From: an uncultured Spirochaetales bacterium
Lineage (GTDB): Bacteria; Myxococcota_A; UBA9160; UBA6930
NCBI GenBank assembly: GCA_964550095.1
Contig: CAZJXU010000070.1
Coordinates: 1-30,785 of the forward strand
Direction: 5' to 3'
Length of the DNA stretch: 30,785 nucleotides
The notes under the pieces are model-generated. The model had not been told where the DNA came from. It did not search any database and was given only the letters and a program-made list of their open reading frames with translations. How positions within the stretch are numbered: the first letter of the stretch is position 1; every line of letters begins with the position of its first letter. Below are positions 10,739-18,075 of this stretch, one piece after another. A program made the translations under genes and the position numbers.

Positions 10739-12118
10739 GTGAAGCAGGACCCGCGCAGCAGCCTGCCCGCGGTCGATGCGCTGGCGCGCAAGCTGGAGCA
10801 GGGGCTGCCGGGCGCGGCCCCCTGGGCGCTGGCGCTCGCAGCCCGGCAGGCCATTGCCGAGGCCCGCGCGCGCATCGCCGCGGGGGATGCGATGGGGACG
10901 CCGCAGGCGCTCGAGGCCCGGGCCCGGGCCTGCGCCCGCGCCCTGCTGCGCCCTCGGCCGGCACGGGTCGTCAACGCCACCGGGGTGGTGCTGCACACCG
11001 GCCTCGGCCGCGCCGTGCTGGCCCCCGGCGCCGCCCGGGCCGCCGAGCAGGCGGCCGCGCACTACGCCGACCTGGAAATCGAGTCGGCGTCCGGCAAGCG
11101 CGGCGAGCGCCTGGCCGGCGTCCGGGCGCTGCTGCGCGCGCTCTCGGGCGCCGAGGACGCCCTGGTCGTCAACAACAACGCGGCAGCCCTGCTGCTCGCG
11201 CTGAACACGCTGGCGCGGGGCCGGGAGGTGATCGTCTCCCGGGGCGAGCTGGTCGAAATCGGCGGTTCCTTCCGCGTGCCCGAAATCATGGAACGCGCCG
11301 GCGTGCGTCTTCGCGAAGTCGGCGCCACCAACCGCACCCACCTGCGCGACTACGAAGCGGCCATCGGCGAAAGGACCGCGCTGCTGCTCAAGGTGCACCG
11401 TTCCAACTTCGAACAGCGGGGTTTTGTTTCCGAGGTGGAACTCGCCGAGCTGGCGGCGCTCGGCCGCCGCACGGGCCTGCCGGTGATCGAAGACCTGGGC
11501 AGCGGCTCGCTGGTGGAACTGCCGCAGCTCGGCGCGGCGGCCGCGGCTTCGCACGCGAAGGCGAGGCTCGCCACGGGCGTGGACCTGGTGTGCTTTTCGG
11601 GCGACAAACTGCTCGGCGGCCCGCAGGCGGGCGTGCTGCTCGGCGCGCAGTCCGTCATCCAGGCGCTGGCTGAAAATCCGCTGGCGCGCGCGCTGCGCAT
11701 CGACAAGATGTCGCTGGCGGCGCTCGACTACACGCTGCGCGCACTGGCCGAAGGGCGCCGCGCGGAGTTGCCCACCCTGAACGCGCTGGAAGCGTCGCCC
11801 GAACAGGTGCGCGAGCGCGCGCTGGAACTGGCCGGGCGCCTCGAGCAGGCGCTGCAAGGGGCGCTGCAGGTCGAGGTCGAGCGCGTCCGTGCGCAGGTGG
11901 GCGGCGGCTCGCTGCCGGGGCTCGAACTGGGCAGCTTCGCCGTCGCTCTCACCCCGCCCTCCGGGCACAGCGCCGACGCCCTTTCGGCGCGGCTGCGCGC
12001 AGCCGAGACGCCCGTCATCGCGCGCGTCCAGGAAGGCAAGGTGCTGCTGGATGCGCGCACCCTGCAGCCGGGCGACCCGGAATGCATCGAAGCGGCGCTC
12101 CTCGCGGCGCTGCGATAA
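10739..12118 (+). CDS. selA: L-seryl-tRNA(Sec) selenium transferase
   Basis: VVNATGVVLHTGLGRA, VVNNNAAA, VSRGELVEIGGSFRVP, EVGATNRTH, KVHRSNF, EDLGSG, FSGDKLLGGPQAG (PLP-Lys), RALRIDK, GGGSLP. GTG start inferred. Confidence 0.95.
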   Translation: MKQDPRSSLPAVDALARKLEQGLPGAAPWALALAARQAIAEARARIAAGDAMGTPQALEARARACARALLRPRPARVVNATGVVLHTGLGRAVLAPGAARAAEQAAAHYADLEIESASGKRGERLAGVRALLRALSGAEDALVVNNNAAALLLALNTLARGREVIVSRGELVEIGGSFRVPEIMERAGVRLREVGATNRTHLRDYEAAIGERTALLLKVHRSNFEQRGFVSEVELAELAALGRRTGLPVIEDLGSGSLVELPQLGAAAAASHAKARLATGVDLVCFSGDKLLGGPQAGVLLGAQSVIQALAENPLARALRIDKMSLAALDYTLRALAEGRRAELPTLNALEASPEQVRERALELAGRLEQALQGALQVEVERVRAQVGGGSLPGLELGSFAVALTPPSGHSADALSARLRAAETPVIARVQEGKVLLDARTLQPGDPECIEAALLAALR

Positions 12119-12132
12119 CGCCCGGCCCCTGG

Positions 12133-12152
12133 CCCGCCCCCCGGGGGGCGGG
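12133..12152. other. Perfect 20-bp GC palindrome between selA and the HNH gene (possible hairpin or pause site)
   Basis: CCCGCCCCCC/GGGGGGCGGG; no U-tract, so not a classical intrinsic terminator. Confidence 0.5.
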
Positions 12153-12161
12153 ACGGCCGAT

Positions 12162-12190
12162 TTGTCGCAGGCGCGCGTTTCGGCTAGGGT
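12162..12190 (+). promoter_or_regulatory. Putative sigma70-type promoter of the HNH gene (leaderless geometry)
   Basis: TTGTCG-N17-TAGGGT, 6 nt before the GTG start at 12197. Confidence 0.5.
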
Positions 12191-12196
12191 ACGGGC

Positions 12197-12793
12197 GTGC
12201 TGAACTCCAACGTCCTCGTCCTGAACCGCTCCTACCTGCCGATCCACGTGACCTCCGTGCGGCGGGCCTTTTCCCTGTTGTACCAGGGCATCGCCAGGGC
12301 CGTGGACGAGCAGTACCAGACCTTCGACTTCGACTCGTGGAGTCAGCTCGCGGTGGCGCGCGACGCGGAGGCGATCGGAACGCCCGGCGGCATGATCCGC
12401 ATCCCGCGCGTGCTGGTGCTGGTGAGCTTCGACCGCCTGCCGCGGCGCCACGTGCGCTTCAGCCGCATCAACCTGATGTCGCGCGACAAGTTCCAGTGCC
12501 AGTACTGCGGCGTCAAGCCCGTGAAGGCCGACCTCAACCTCGACCACGTAAAACCGCGCACGCTGGGCGGGCGCAGCACCTGGGAGAACGTCGTCACCAG
12601 TTGCGTGAACTGCAACCGGCGCAAGGGCGGACGTACGCCCGAGCAGGCGGGCATGAAGCTGCGCTGCAAGCCGCAACGGCCGCGCTGGACGCCGCTGATG
12701 AACCTGGTGACCTCCAACATGCGACACAAGGAATGGAAACCCTTCCTCTCGGTGGTCGATGCTTCGTACTGGAACACCGAGCTCGTCGAGTAA
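12197..12793 (+). CDS. HNH endonuclease (McrA-like, stand-alone)
   Basis: VLVLNRSY.PI, RFSRINL..RD.F.CQYCG, LNLDHVKPR..GG.STWENVVTSCVNCNRRKGGRTP.QAGM.L. Confidence 0.9.
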   Translation: MLNSNVLVLNRSYLPIHVTSVRRAFSLLYQGIARAVDEQYQTFDFDSWSQLAVARDAEAIGTPGGMIRIPRVLVLVSFDRLPRRHVRFSRINLMSRDKFQCQYCGVKPVKADLNLDHVKPRTLGGRSTWENVVTSCVNCNRRKGGRTPEQAGMKLRCKPQRPRWTPLMNLVTSNMRHKEWKPFLSVVDASYWNTELVE

Positions 12794-12832
12794 CGCCACC
12801 GGGCGCCGGTGTTCCCGCGCCGCGGGCTGCTG

Positions 12833-13816
12833 ATGGAAAGCTTCGAATTTATCGTCGCTGAGGAGCAGGCGGGCGCGCGCCTGGACCGGGTGCTGGCCGA
12901 ACTCTGCGGTCGCTCGCGCGCGGACGTGCAGCGCTGGATCGAAGCGGGCTGCGTGCAACTGGCCGGCGCGCCGGCGCCCCGCGCGAGTCGCAAGGTGGCC
13001 GCGGGCGATCGCCTGTCCGCCGCGCCGCCCGAGCCCGGCGCGCCGCCGGGGGTTTTGCCGGAAGCGATCCCGCTGGATGTCCTTTACGAAGACGAAGCGC
13101 TGATCGTCATCAACAAGCCCGCCGGCCTGGTGGTGCATCCCGCACCCGGTCATCCGCGCGGCACGCTGGTGAACGCGCTGCTTCACCACTGCAAAAACCT
13201 GGCCGGCATCGGCGGCGTGCTGCGTCCCGGCATTGTGCATCGCCTGGACCGCGGAACCTCGGGCGTGATGGTGGCGGCGAAAAGCGATGCCGCGCACCAG
13301 GCGCTGGCGGCGCAGTTTCAGGAGCACAGCATCGAGCGCCTGTACCTCGCCTTCGTGCGCGGCGCGCCGCAGCAGGAGAGCGGGCGCTCTGCCCGGCCCA
13401 TCGGGCGCCACCCGCGCGACCGCAAGCGCATGAGCGTGGCCGGCCGGCGAACCCGCAGCGCGCTCACCAACTGGCGGGTGGCGGAACGCTTCGCCTCCGT
13501 GCCCGCGGCGCGGCTGGAGGTGCGCCCCGAAACCGGGCGCACCCACCAGATCCGCGTGCACCTGGCCGCCGAGGGCCTCCCGGTACTGGGCGACCCGGTC
13601 TATGGCGCGCGCCGCCGCACGCGCCTGCCGGACTTGCAGCAGGACTCGCCGCCGGGCGCGCCCCAGGCTGTGCCGCCGCGCCCCGCCCTGCATGCAGCGC
13701 GCCTCGGTTTTGTGCACCCGGAGCGCGGCGAAGCGCTTGCATTCGAAGCGCCGCTGCCGGCCGACCTGGCGGCGCTTGCCGAGGCGCTGCGCTGCCGGGA
13801 GGCGGGACGCCGGTGA
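12833..13816 (+). CDS. rluD: RluA-family 23S rRNA pseudouridine synthase (RluD-like, S4 domain)
   Basis: RLDRVLA S4 domain, INKPAGLVVHP, GTLVNALL, RPGIVHRLDRGTSG (catalytic Asp), TGRTHQIRVH, ALHAARLGFVHP; adjacent to pgeF. Confidence 0.9.
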   Translation: MESFEFIVAEEQAGARLDRVLAELCGRSRADVQRWIEAGCVQLAGAPAPRASRKVAAGDRLSAAPPEPGAPPGVLPEAIPLDVLYEDEALIVINKPAGLVVHPAPGHPRGTLVNALLHHCKNLAGIGGVLRPGIVHRLDRGTSGVMVAAKSDAAHQALAAQFQEHSIERLYLAFVRGAPQQESGRSARPIGRHPRDRKRMSVAGRRTRSALTNWRVAERFASVPAARLEVRPETGRTHQIRVHLAAEGLPVLGDPVYGARRRTRLPDLQQDSPPGAPQAVPPRPALHAARLGFVHPERGEALAFEAPLPADLAALAEALRCREAGRR

Positions 13817-14784
13817 GCGGCGCTGCTTTCCGGCCGCGGCGCCCGGCGCCCGCGTCGTATATCCAGCCCGGGCTGGGCGCGCCGCACGCCTTTGCCGACC
13901 GCCCGGCGCCGCCGCCCCGGGATTTGTGGCGACCGCAGCAGGTGCACGGCGCGGCTGTGATGTGCGCCGACCTGGTTGATCCGACCGCCCCGACCGATTT
14001 GTCCGCCTCGGCCGGCTCGGGCGATTCGTCCGCCCCGCCCGCCTCGGCCATTTCAGCCGGCCCGGTGTACCCGGTTGACCCGACCGCCCAGTCCGCCTCA
14101 ACCGGCGTGGTCGCCCCGTCCGCCCCGGTTGTCCCGTCCGATTCGTCTGTCCCGACCGTCTCGGCCAGCCAGGTGGACCGGGTTGATCCGACCGCCCCGT
14201 CCGTCTTGGCCGGCATGGGCGCCCCGACCGCCCCGTCCGTTTCAGCCGCCCCGACCGCGCCCGCAATGCCGCGCGCCGATGCCGCCTGGACCAGAGCGCC
14301 CGGCCGCGCGGTGGGCGTGGTGACCGCAGATTGCGTGCCGGTGTTGCTGCGCGCCGGCGCGCCCGAAGCCCCGCCCCTGGCTGTTGCCGCGGTGCATGCA
14401 GGCTGGCGCGGCCTTGCAGCCGGCGTGCTGGAGCGCGCGCTCTTTGCCCTGCGCACGGCTTGCCCGGGCGCGCCGCTCCACGCCGCGCACGGCCCCGCCG
14501 CGGGCGCCTGCTGTTACGAGGTGGATGGGCCGGTTTGCGAAGCGCTGGAAGCGCGTTACCCGGATGCGCTGCCTGCTGCGGCAACGCCCTCGCGCCCGGG
14601 TCACGTGATGCTGGACCTGGCCCGCCTCGCGCGCGCCGCCCTTTGCGCCGCCGGCGCGCAGTGCCTGCCCTGCGCTGCGCACTGCACCATCTGCAACCCG
14701 CGCTTTGCGAGTTACCGGCGCGACGGCGCCCGCGCGGGCCGCATGCTGCACTGGATTCGCCTGGCGGAGATGCGGGAAGATTGA
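13813..14784 (+). CDS. pgeF: YfiH/PgeF family protein (laccase-like, purine nucleoside phosphorylase-like) with ~90-aa low-complexity insertion
   Basis: QVHG, ADA.WT, VTADCVPVL, AAVHAGWRG, GP..G.CCYEV, CT.CN..F.SYRR; GTGA overlap with the rluD stop. Confidence 0.88.
   Translation: MSGAAFRPRRPAPASYIQPGLGAPHAFADRPAPPPRDLWRPQQVHGAAVMCADLVDPTAPTDLSASAGSGDSSAPPASAISAGPVYPVDPTAQSASTGVVAPSAPVVPSDSSVPTVSASQVDRVDPTAPSVLAGMGAPTAPSVSAAPTAPAMPRADAAWTRAPGRAVGVVTADCVPVLLRAGAPEAPPLAVAAVHAGWRGLAAGVLERALFALRTACPGAPLHAAHGPAAGACCYEVDGPVCEALEARYPDALPAAATPSRPGHVMLDLARLARAALCAAGAQCLPCAAHCTICNPRFASYRRDGARAGRMLHWIRLAEMRED
13975..14271 (+). repeat. Degenerate in-frame 9-bp tandem repeat (33 units) inside pgeF
   Basis: Tripeptides VDP TAP TDL SAS AGS GDS SAP PAS ... 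TAP SVS AAP TAP AMP; GGTTGAYCCGACCGCCC recurs at 13974, 14073 and 14181. Confidence 0.85.
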
Positions 14785-14800
14785 CGACGCGACGTTCCCG

Positions 14801-14943
14801 ACGCGCAAAAACCGCGTCCGCCTTCGCTGCGCACGGTCAAAGGCAAGGCGAAGTCGGTGCGGTGTGACGGGGTTTGCGCGGTTACCGGTCCGCCTTCGCT
14901 GCGCACAGTCAAAGGCGCGTGAAGTCGCTTCGACCGTGCAGCG
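14801..14943. repeat. REP-like palindromic repeat cluster between convergent pgeF and ytfJ-like genes
   Basis: GTCCGCCTTCGCTGCGCACRGTCAAAGGC at 14816-14844 and 14888-14916 (1 mismatch); inverted partial copy CTTCGACCGTGCAGCG at 14928-14943; imperfect inverted arms 14802-14818 and 14866-14880. Confidence 0.75.
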
Positions 14944-15010
14944 TTTGCGCGGCCGGCCCTCCGTCGGCAGTTTGCACAGGGCAGTGCCGCCGAACAACCC
15001 AGCTTCGGCG

Positions 15011-15556
15011 TCAGGGGCGAGCCAACAGCTCGCGAATCGTCTGCAGCATTTCCCGGGTCTGGTCGTCGCTGAATTCGCCGTCGCCCCGAAACGCCAGCCT
15101 GCCCTCCCTGTCGAAGAGCAGGATGTTGTGCGTGTGATCCGCGAGCCCCCAGGTTCCCACCAGCACCTTGTCCAGATCCTGCACGTAGGTGGTGTGCGGG
15201 AACTCTTTCTGTTTCCTGCGCAGGCCGAAGCGAATCGCAAACTTCGGCAGCCGGGTCGCCTTGATGTTGATGATGGCGACGGTGCGCAGCAGCTCCGGGC
15301 CGAAGCGCGCATCGATGAGCGCCTGGTTGACGTCCTCGTTCATGTTCGGGTGATCGGGGTCCACGTAGTACAGGAGGTGCAAGGCGCCGTGCAGCGATTC
15401 GCTGCTCCAGCTTTCGCCGTTCAGTTTCCCGCCCCGCTCGCCGGACAGCTCCACCAGGGGCGCCTGCATGCCGATGAAAAGCTCGGCCGCCATGGCCCCG
15501 GGCAGCAGCAGGCAGAGCAGGGCCAGGCACAGGGCCGGGGCGCGTGTCGTTGTCAT
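15011..15556 (-). CDS. YtfJ-family exported protein (thioredoxin-like fold likely)
   Basis: Signal peptide ending AMA; V.LSGE.GG.LNGESWSS..L, LYYVDPD, AIIN, DL.KVL...WGL, ILLFDREG..F..DG. AGGAGG SD at 15563-15568. Confidence 0.7.
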   Translation of the reverse strand: MTTTRAPALCLALLCLLLPGAMAAELFIGMQAPLVELSGERGGKLNGESWSSESLHGALHLLYYVDPDHPNMNEDVNQALIDARFGPELLRTVAIINIKATRLPKFAIRFGLRRKQKEFPHTTYVQDLDKVLVGTWGLADHTHNILLFDREGRLAFRGDGEFSDDQTREMLQTIRELLARP

Positions 15557-15943
15557 GGTTGGCCTCCTGGCGACGTCGGCTGGCTGCCGGCCGGCCATAT
15601 CGGCCGCCGCCCCAGGCGACGGCAGATGATACCCAGCGCTGGGCTCACGGGCCTCGGCCTTGTGTCATAAACGTGGAGGCGTGCGAAATTGCCTGCCGGC
15701 TGCGTGGCCGTCACGGCGGCCGCCCCAAGCTGCGGCCAGCCACGATTCAGGACGACACACTTGCGTAATCCGGGCGAATCGGCGACCGTCTGGCCCATGC
15801 CCCGCCCTGCCGCGTCCTCTCGCCTGCACCCGCTTTGCGTGCAGCGGCCGGACTCGTCCGGGCGGCACTCGTAACTCCCCGCAACCACTTTCCTTTCAGG
15901 CCCCGGGAAGCGCGGGGTCCCGGGGCCGGTTTCGAGCAGCCCG

Positions 15944-17185
15944 ATGCCCGATTGGATCCAGAGAATTCGCGCGGCCCTGCAGCGCAACGCCGCCCTCACG
16001 GCGCGCATGGCCGAGCCCCGGGTCGCCGTGAACCCTTCCGAGCTGGCGAGGCTCGGCAAGGAGGCGGCCGGCCTGCGCCCGCTTCTGGAGGTGGGGCGCC
16101 GCTACCTCGAAGTGCGGGAGCGCATCGACGAGGCCGCTGCCCTGCAAAAGGACGACGACCCGGAACTGCGCGCGCTCGCCCAGGAAGAAAAGGCCGAGCT
16201 GGAAAGTCTTTGCGAGAAACTGGAAGCCGAGCTGCGCCCGCTCTTCATGCCGCGAGATCCGAACGACGAACGCAACGTGATTCTCGAAATTCGCGCCGGG
16301 ACCGGCGGCGAGGAAGCCGCGCTCTTCGCCGCCGACCTGCTTCGCATGTACACGCGCTACGCCGAAGCGCGGGGCTGGAAAGTCGATCCGATCTCCATGC
16401 ACGCCACCGATGTCGGCGGCCTGAAGGGGGTGTTCATCGACATCGAAGGCGCGGGCGCTTACGGCCGCCTCAAGTACGAAGGCGGCGTGCACCGGGTGCA
16501 GCGGGTGCCCGCCACCGAAAGCCAGGGGCGCGTGCACACTTCCACGGCGACGGTGGCAGTGATGCCGGTGGCCGAAAAAATAGAAGTCGAAATTCCACCG
16601 GAGGAATTGCGCATCGACGTGTTTCGCGCGTCGGGCCCGGGCGGACAGAGCGTGAACACCACCGACTCGGCGGTGCGCATTACCCACCTGCCCACCGGCA
16701 TGGTGGTGATCTGCCAGGACGAAAAGAGTCAGCACAAAAACCGGGCGCGCGCCGAGAAGGTGCTGCGCGCGCAGCTTCTCGAAAAGAAGAACCGGGAGCA
16801 GCAGCAGCAGCGCGCCGACCAGCGCCGCTCGCAGGTGGGCTGGGGCAAGCGCAGCGAAAAGTTTCGCACCTACAACTACCCGCAAAACCGCATCACCGAT
16901 CACCGCGCCGGCGTCAGCGTGCATCAGCTCGACCGCCTGGTGGAAGGGGAACTCGACATTCTGCTGGAGGGCATCCACACCTGGGCGGCGCGGCAGTGGG
17001 AACAGGCCGAGGCGGAAGACGCCGCGCCGGCGTCGGCATCGTCGTCGGCATCATCGGCGGCGGGCGCATCGTCGTCTTCGTCGTCGGCATCGTCGGCGGC
17101 GGGCGAGGGCGAAGCGACCGCCGAACAGGCCGGGCCGGCCGAGCAAGCCGGGCAGGCGCTGCGCGCCGCGGAGGGCCGGGCGTGA
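15944..17185 (+). CDS. prfA: Peptide chain release factor 1 with ~50-aa C-terminal extension
   Basis: ILEIRAGTGGEEAALFA, LKYEGGVHRVQRVPATESQGRVHTS (PxT, RF1-type), GPGGQSVNTTDSAVRITHLPTG (GGQ), RTYNYPQNRITDHR. Confidence 0.96.
   Translation: MPDWIQRIRAALQRNAALTARMAEPRVAVNPSELARLGKEAAGLRPLLEVGRRYLEVRERIDEAAALQKDDDPELRALAQEEKAELESLCEKLEAELRPLFMPRDPNDERNVILEIRAGTGGEEAALFAADLLRMYTRYAEARGWKVDPISMHATDVGGLKGVFIDIEGAGAYGRLKYEGGVHRVQRVPATESQGRVHTSTATVAVMPVAEKIEVEIPPEELRIDVFRASGPGGQSVNTTDSAVRITHLPTGMVVICQDEKSQHKNRARAEKVLRAQLLEKKNREQQQQRADQRRSQVGWGKRSEKFRTYNYPQNRITDHRAGVSVHQLDRLVEGELDILLEGIHTWAARQWEQAEAEDAAPASASSSASSAAGASSSSSSASSAAGEGEATAEQAGPAEQAGQALRAAEGRA
17032..17155 (+). repeat. TCG-rich microsatellite and short duplications encoding the RF1 tail
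   Basis: 26-nt unit GTCGTCGGCATCRTCGGCGGCGGGCG at 17041-17066 and 17080-17105 (39-nt period); 18-nt AEQAGP/AEQAGQ duplication at ~17120-17155. Confidence 0.8.
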
Positions 17186-18075
17186 GCGAGACATCCACCA
17201 CCTGGACGGTTCTCGCCATGCTGCGCTGGACCACGGACTACTTCGCGCGGCACGGCATCGAGAGCGCGCGCCTCGACGCGGAACACCTGCTCGCCCACGT
17301 GCTCGGCGTTTCGCGCCTGCGCCTTTACCTCGATTTCGAAATGCCGGTGGCGGCCGACGCGCGCGCGCGCTTTCGCGAGCTGATCAAGGAGCGCGCGGGG
17401 CGGCGCGTCCCGGTCGCCTACCTGGTCGGCGAAAAAGAGTTCTGGTCCATGCCGCTCGAAGTGAACAGCGCGGTGCTCACGCCCCGTCCGGAAACCGAGT
17501 GCCTGGTGGATGCAGTGCTCTCCCGCTTGCCCGACCCCGAAGCGGAGCTCTCGGGTCTTGAAATCGGGGTCGGCTCGGGAGCAGTCAGCCTGGCGCTGGC
17601 GCGCGAGCGGCCCAAGTGGAAACTGGTGGCGGTGGACACCAGCACGGAGGCGCTGGAAGTGGCTGCGCGCAACGCGGCCCGTCATGAGCTCGAAGACCGC
17701 GTGCGCCTTCTGGAAAGCGACCTGTTCGATGCGCTGCCCGGCGCGCGCTTCGACCTGGTCGTCGCAAACCCTCCCTACGTGGACCCGGCCGTGGCGGACA
17801 GCCTCGCCCCGGAACTCGCGCACGAGCCGCGCGCCGCGCTCTTCGCCGAAGCGGGCGGCATGGCCCTGCTCTCGCGCATTATACGGGAGGCCCCGCGTTA
17901 CCTTGCAGCGGGCGCCTTGCTGGCGCTCGAGTTCGACCCCGGTCAGCAGGCGCAGCTCGCGCGCGAACTCGAGGCGGCGGGCTTCGAAACTCCCGAGTGG
18001 AAGCGCGACCTCGCGGGGCGCGTGCGCGTGCTGAGTGCGCGCCTGGCCGGCGCCGTGCAGGAAGGGGCTTCCTGA
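17182..18075 (+). CDS. prmC: Release factor glutamine methyltransferase (HemK)
   Basis: ARLDAE.LLAHVLG.SRL.LY, PVAYLVG.KEFWS, VLTPRPETE.LV, LEIGVGSGA, DLVVANPPY, EP..ALF; GTGA overlap with prfA. Confidence 0.95.
   Translation: MSETSTTWTVLAMLRWTTDYFARHGIESARLDAEHLLAHVLGVSRLRLYLDFEMPVAADARARFRELIKERAGRRVPVAYLVGEKEFWSMPLEVNSAVLTPRPETECLVDAVLSRLPDPEAELSGLEIGVGSGAVSLALARERPKWKLVAVDTSTEALEVAARNAARHELEDRVRLLESDLFDALPGARFDLVVANPPYVDPAVADSLAPELAHEPRAALFAEAGGMALLSRIIREAPRYLAAGALLALEFDPGQQAQLARELEAAGFETPEWKRDLAGRVRVLSARLAGAVQEGAS

Noticed and set aside
10646-14584. 1312-aa antisense ORF (similar cases: 422-2557, 4126-5376, 8814-10364, 18102-19550, 23374-25509)
   Set aside because: It is in codon register with selA, HNH and rluD, which happen to share a frame. 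Antisense stops need sense TTA, CTA or TCA codons, which are rare in GC-rich genes. No recognisable motifs; shadow ORFs.
14816-14916. Mini-CRISPR (29-bp repeats with a 43-bp spacer)
   Set aside because: Only two direct copies, similarity extends into the supposed spacer (GAAGTCG), a third copy is inverted, and there are no cas genes in the window. REP-like fits better.
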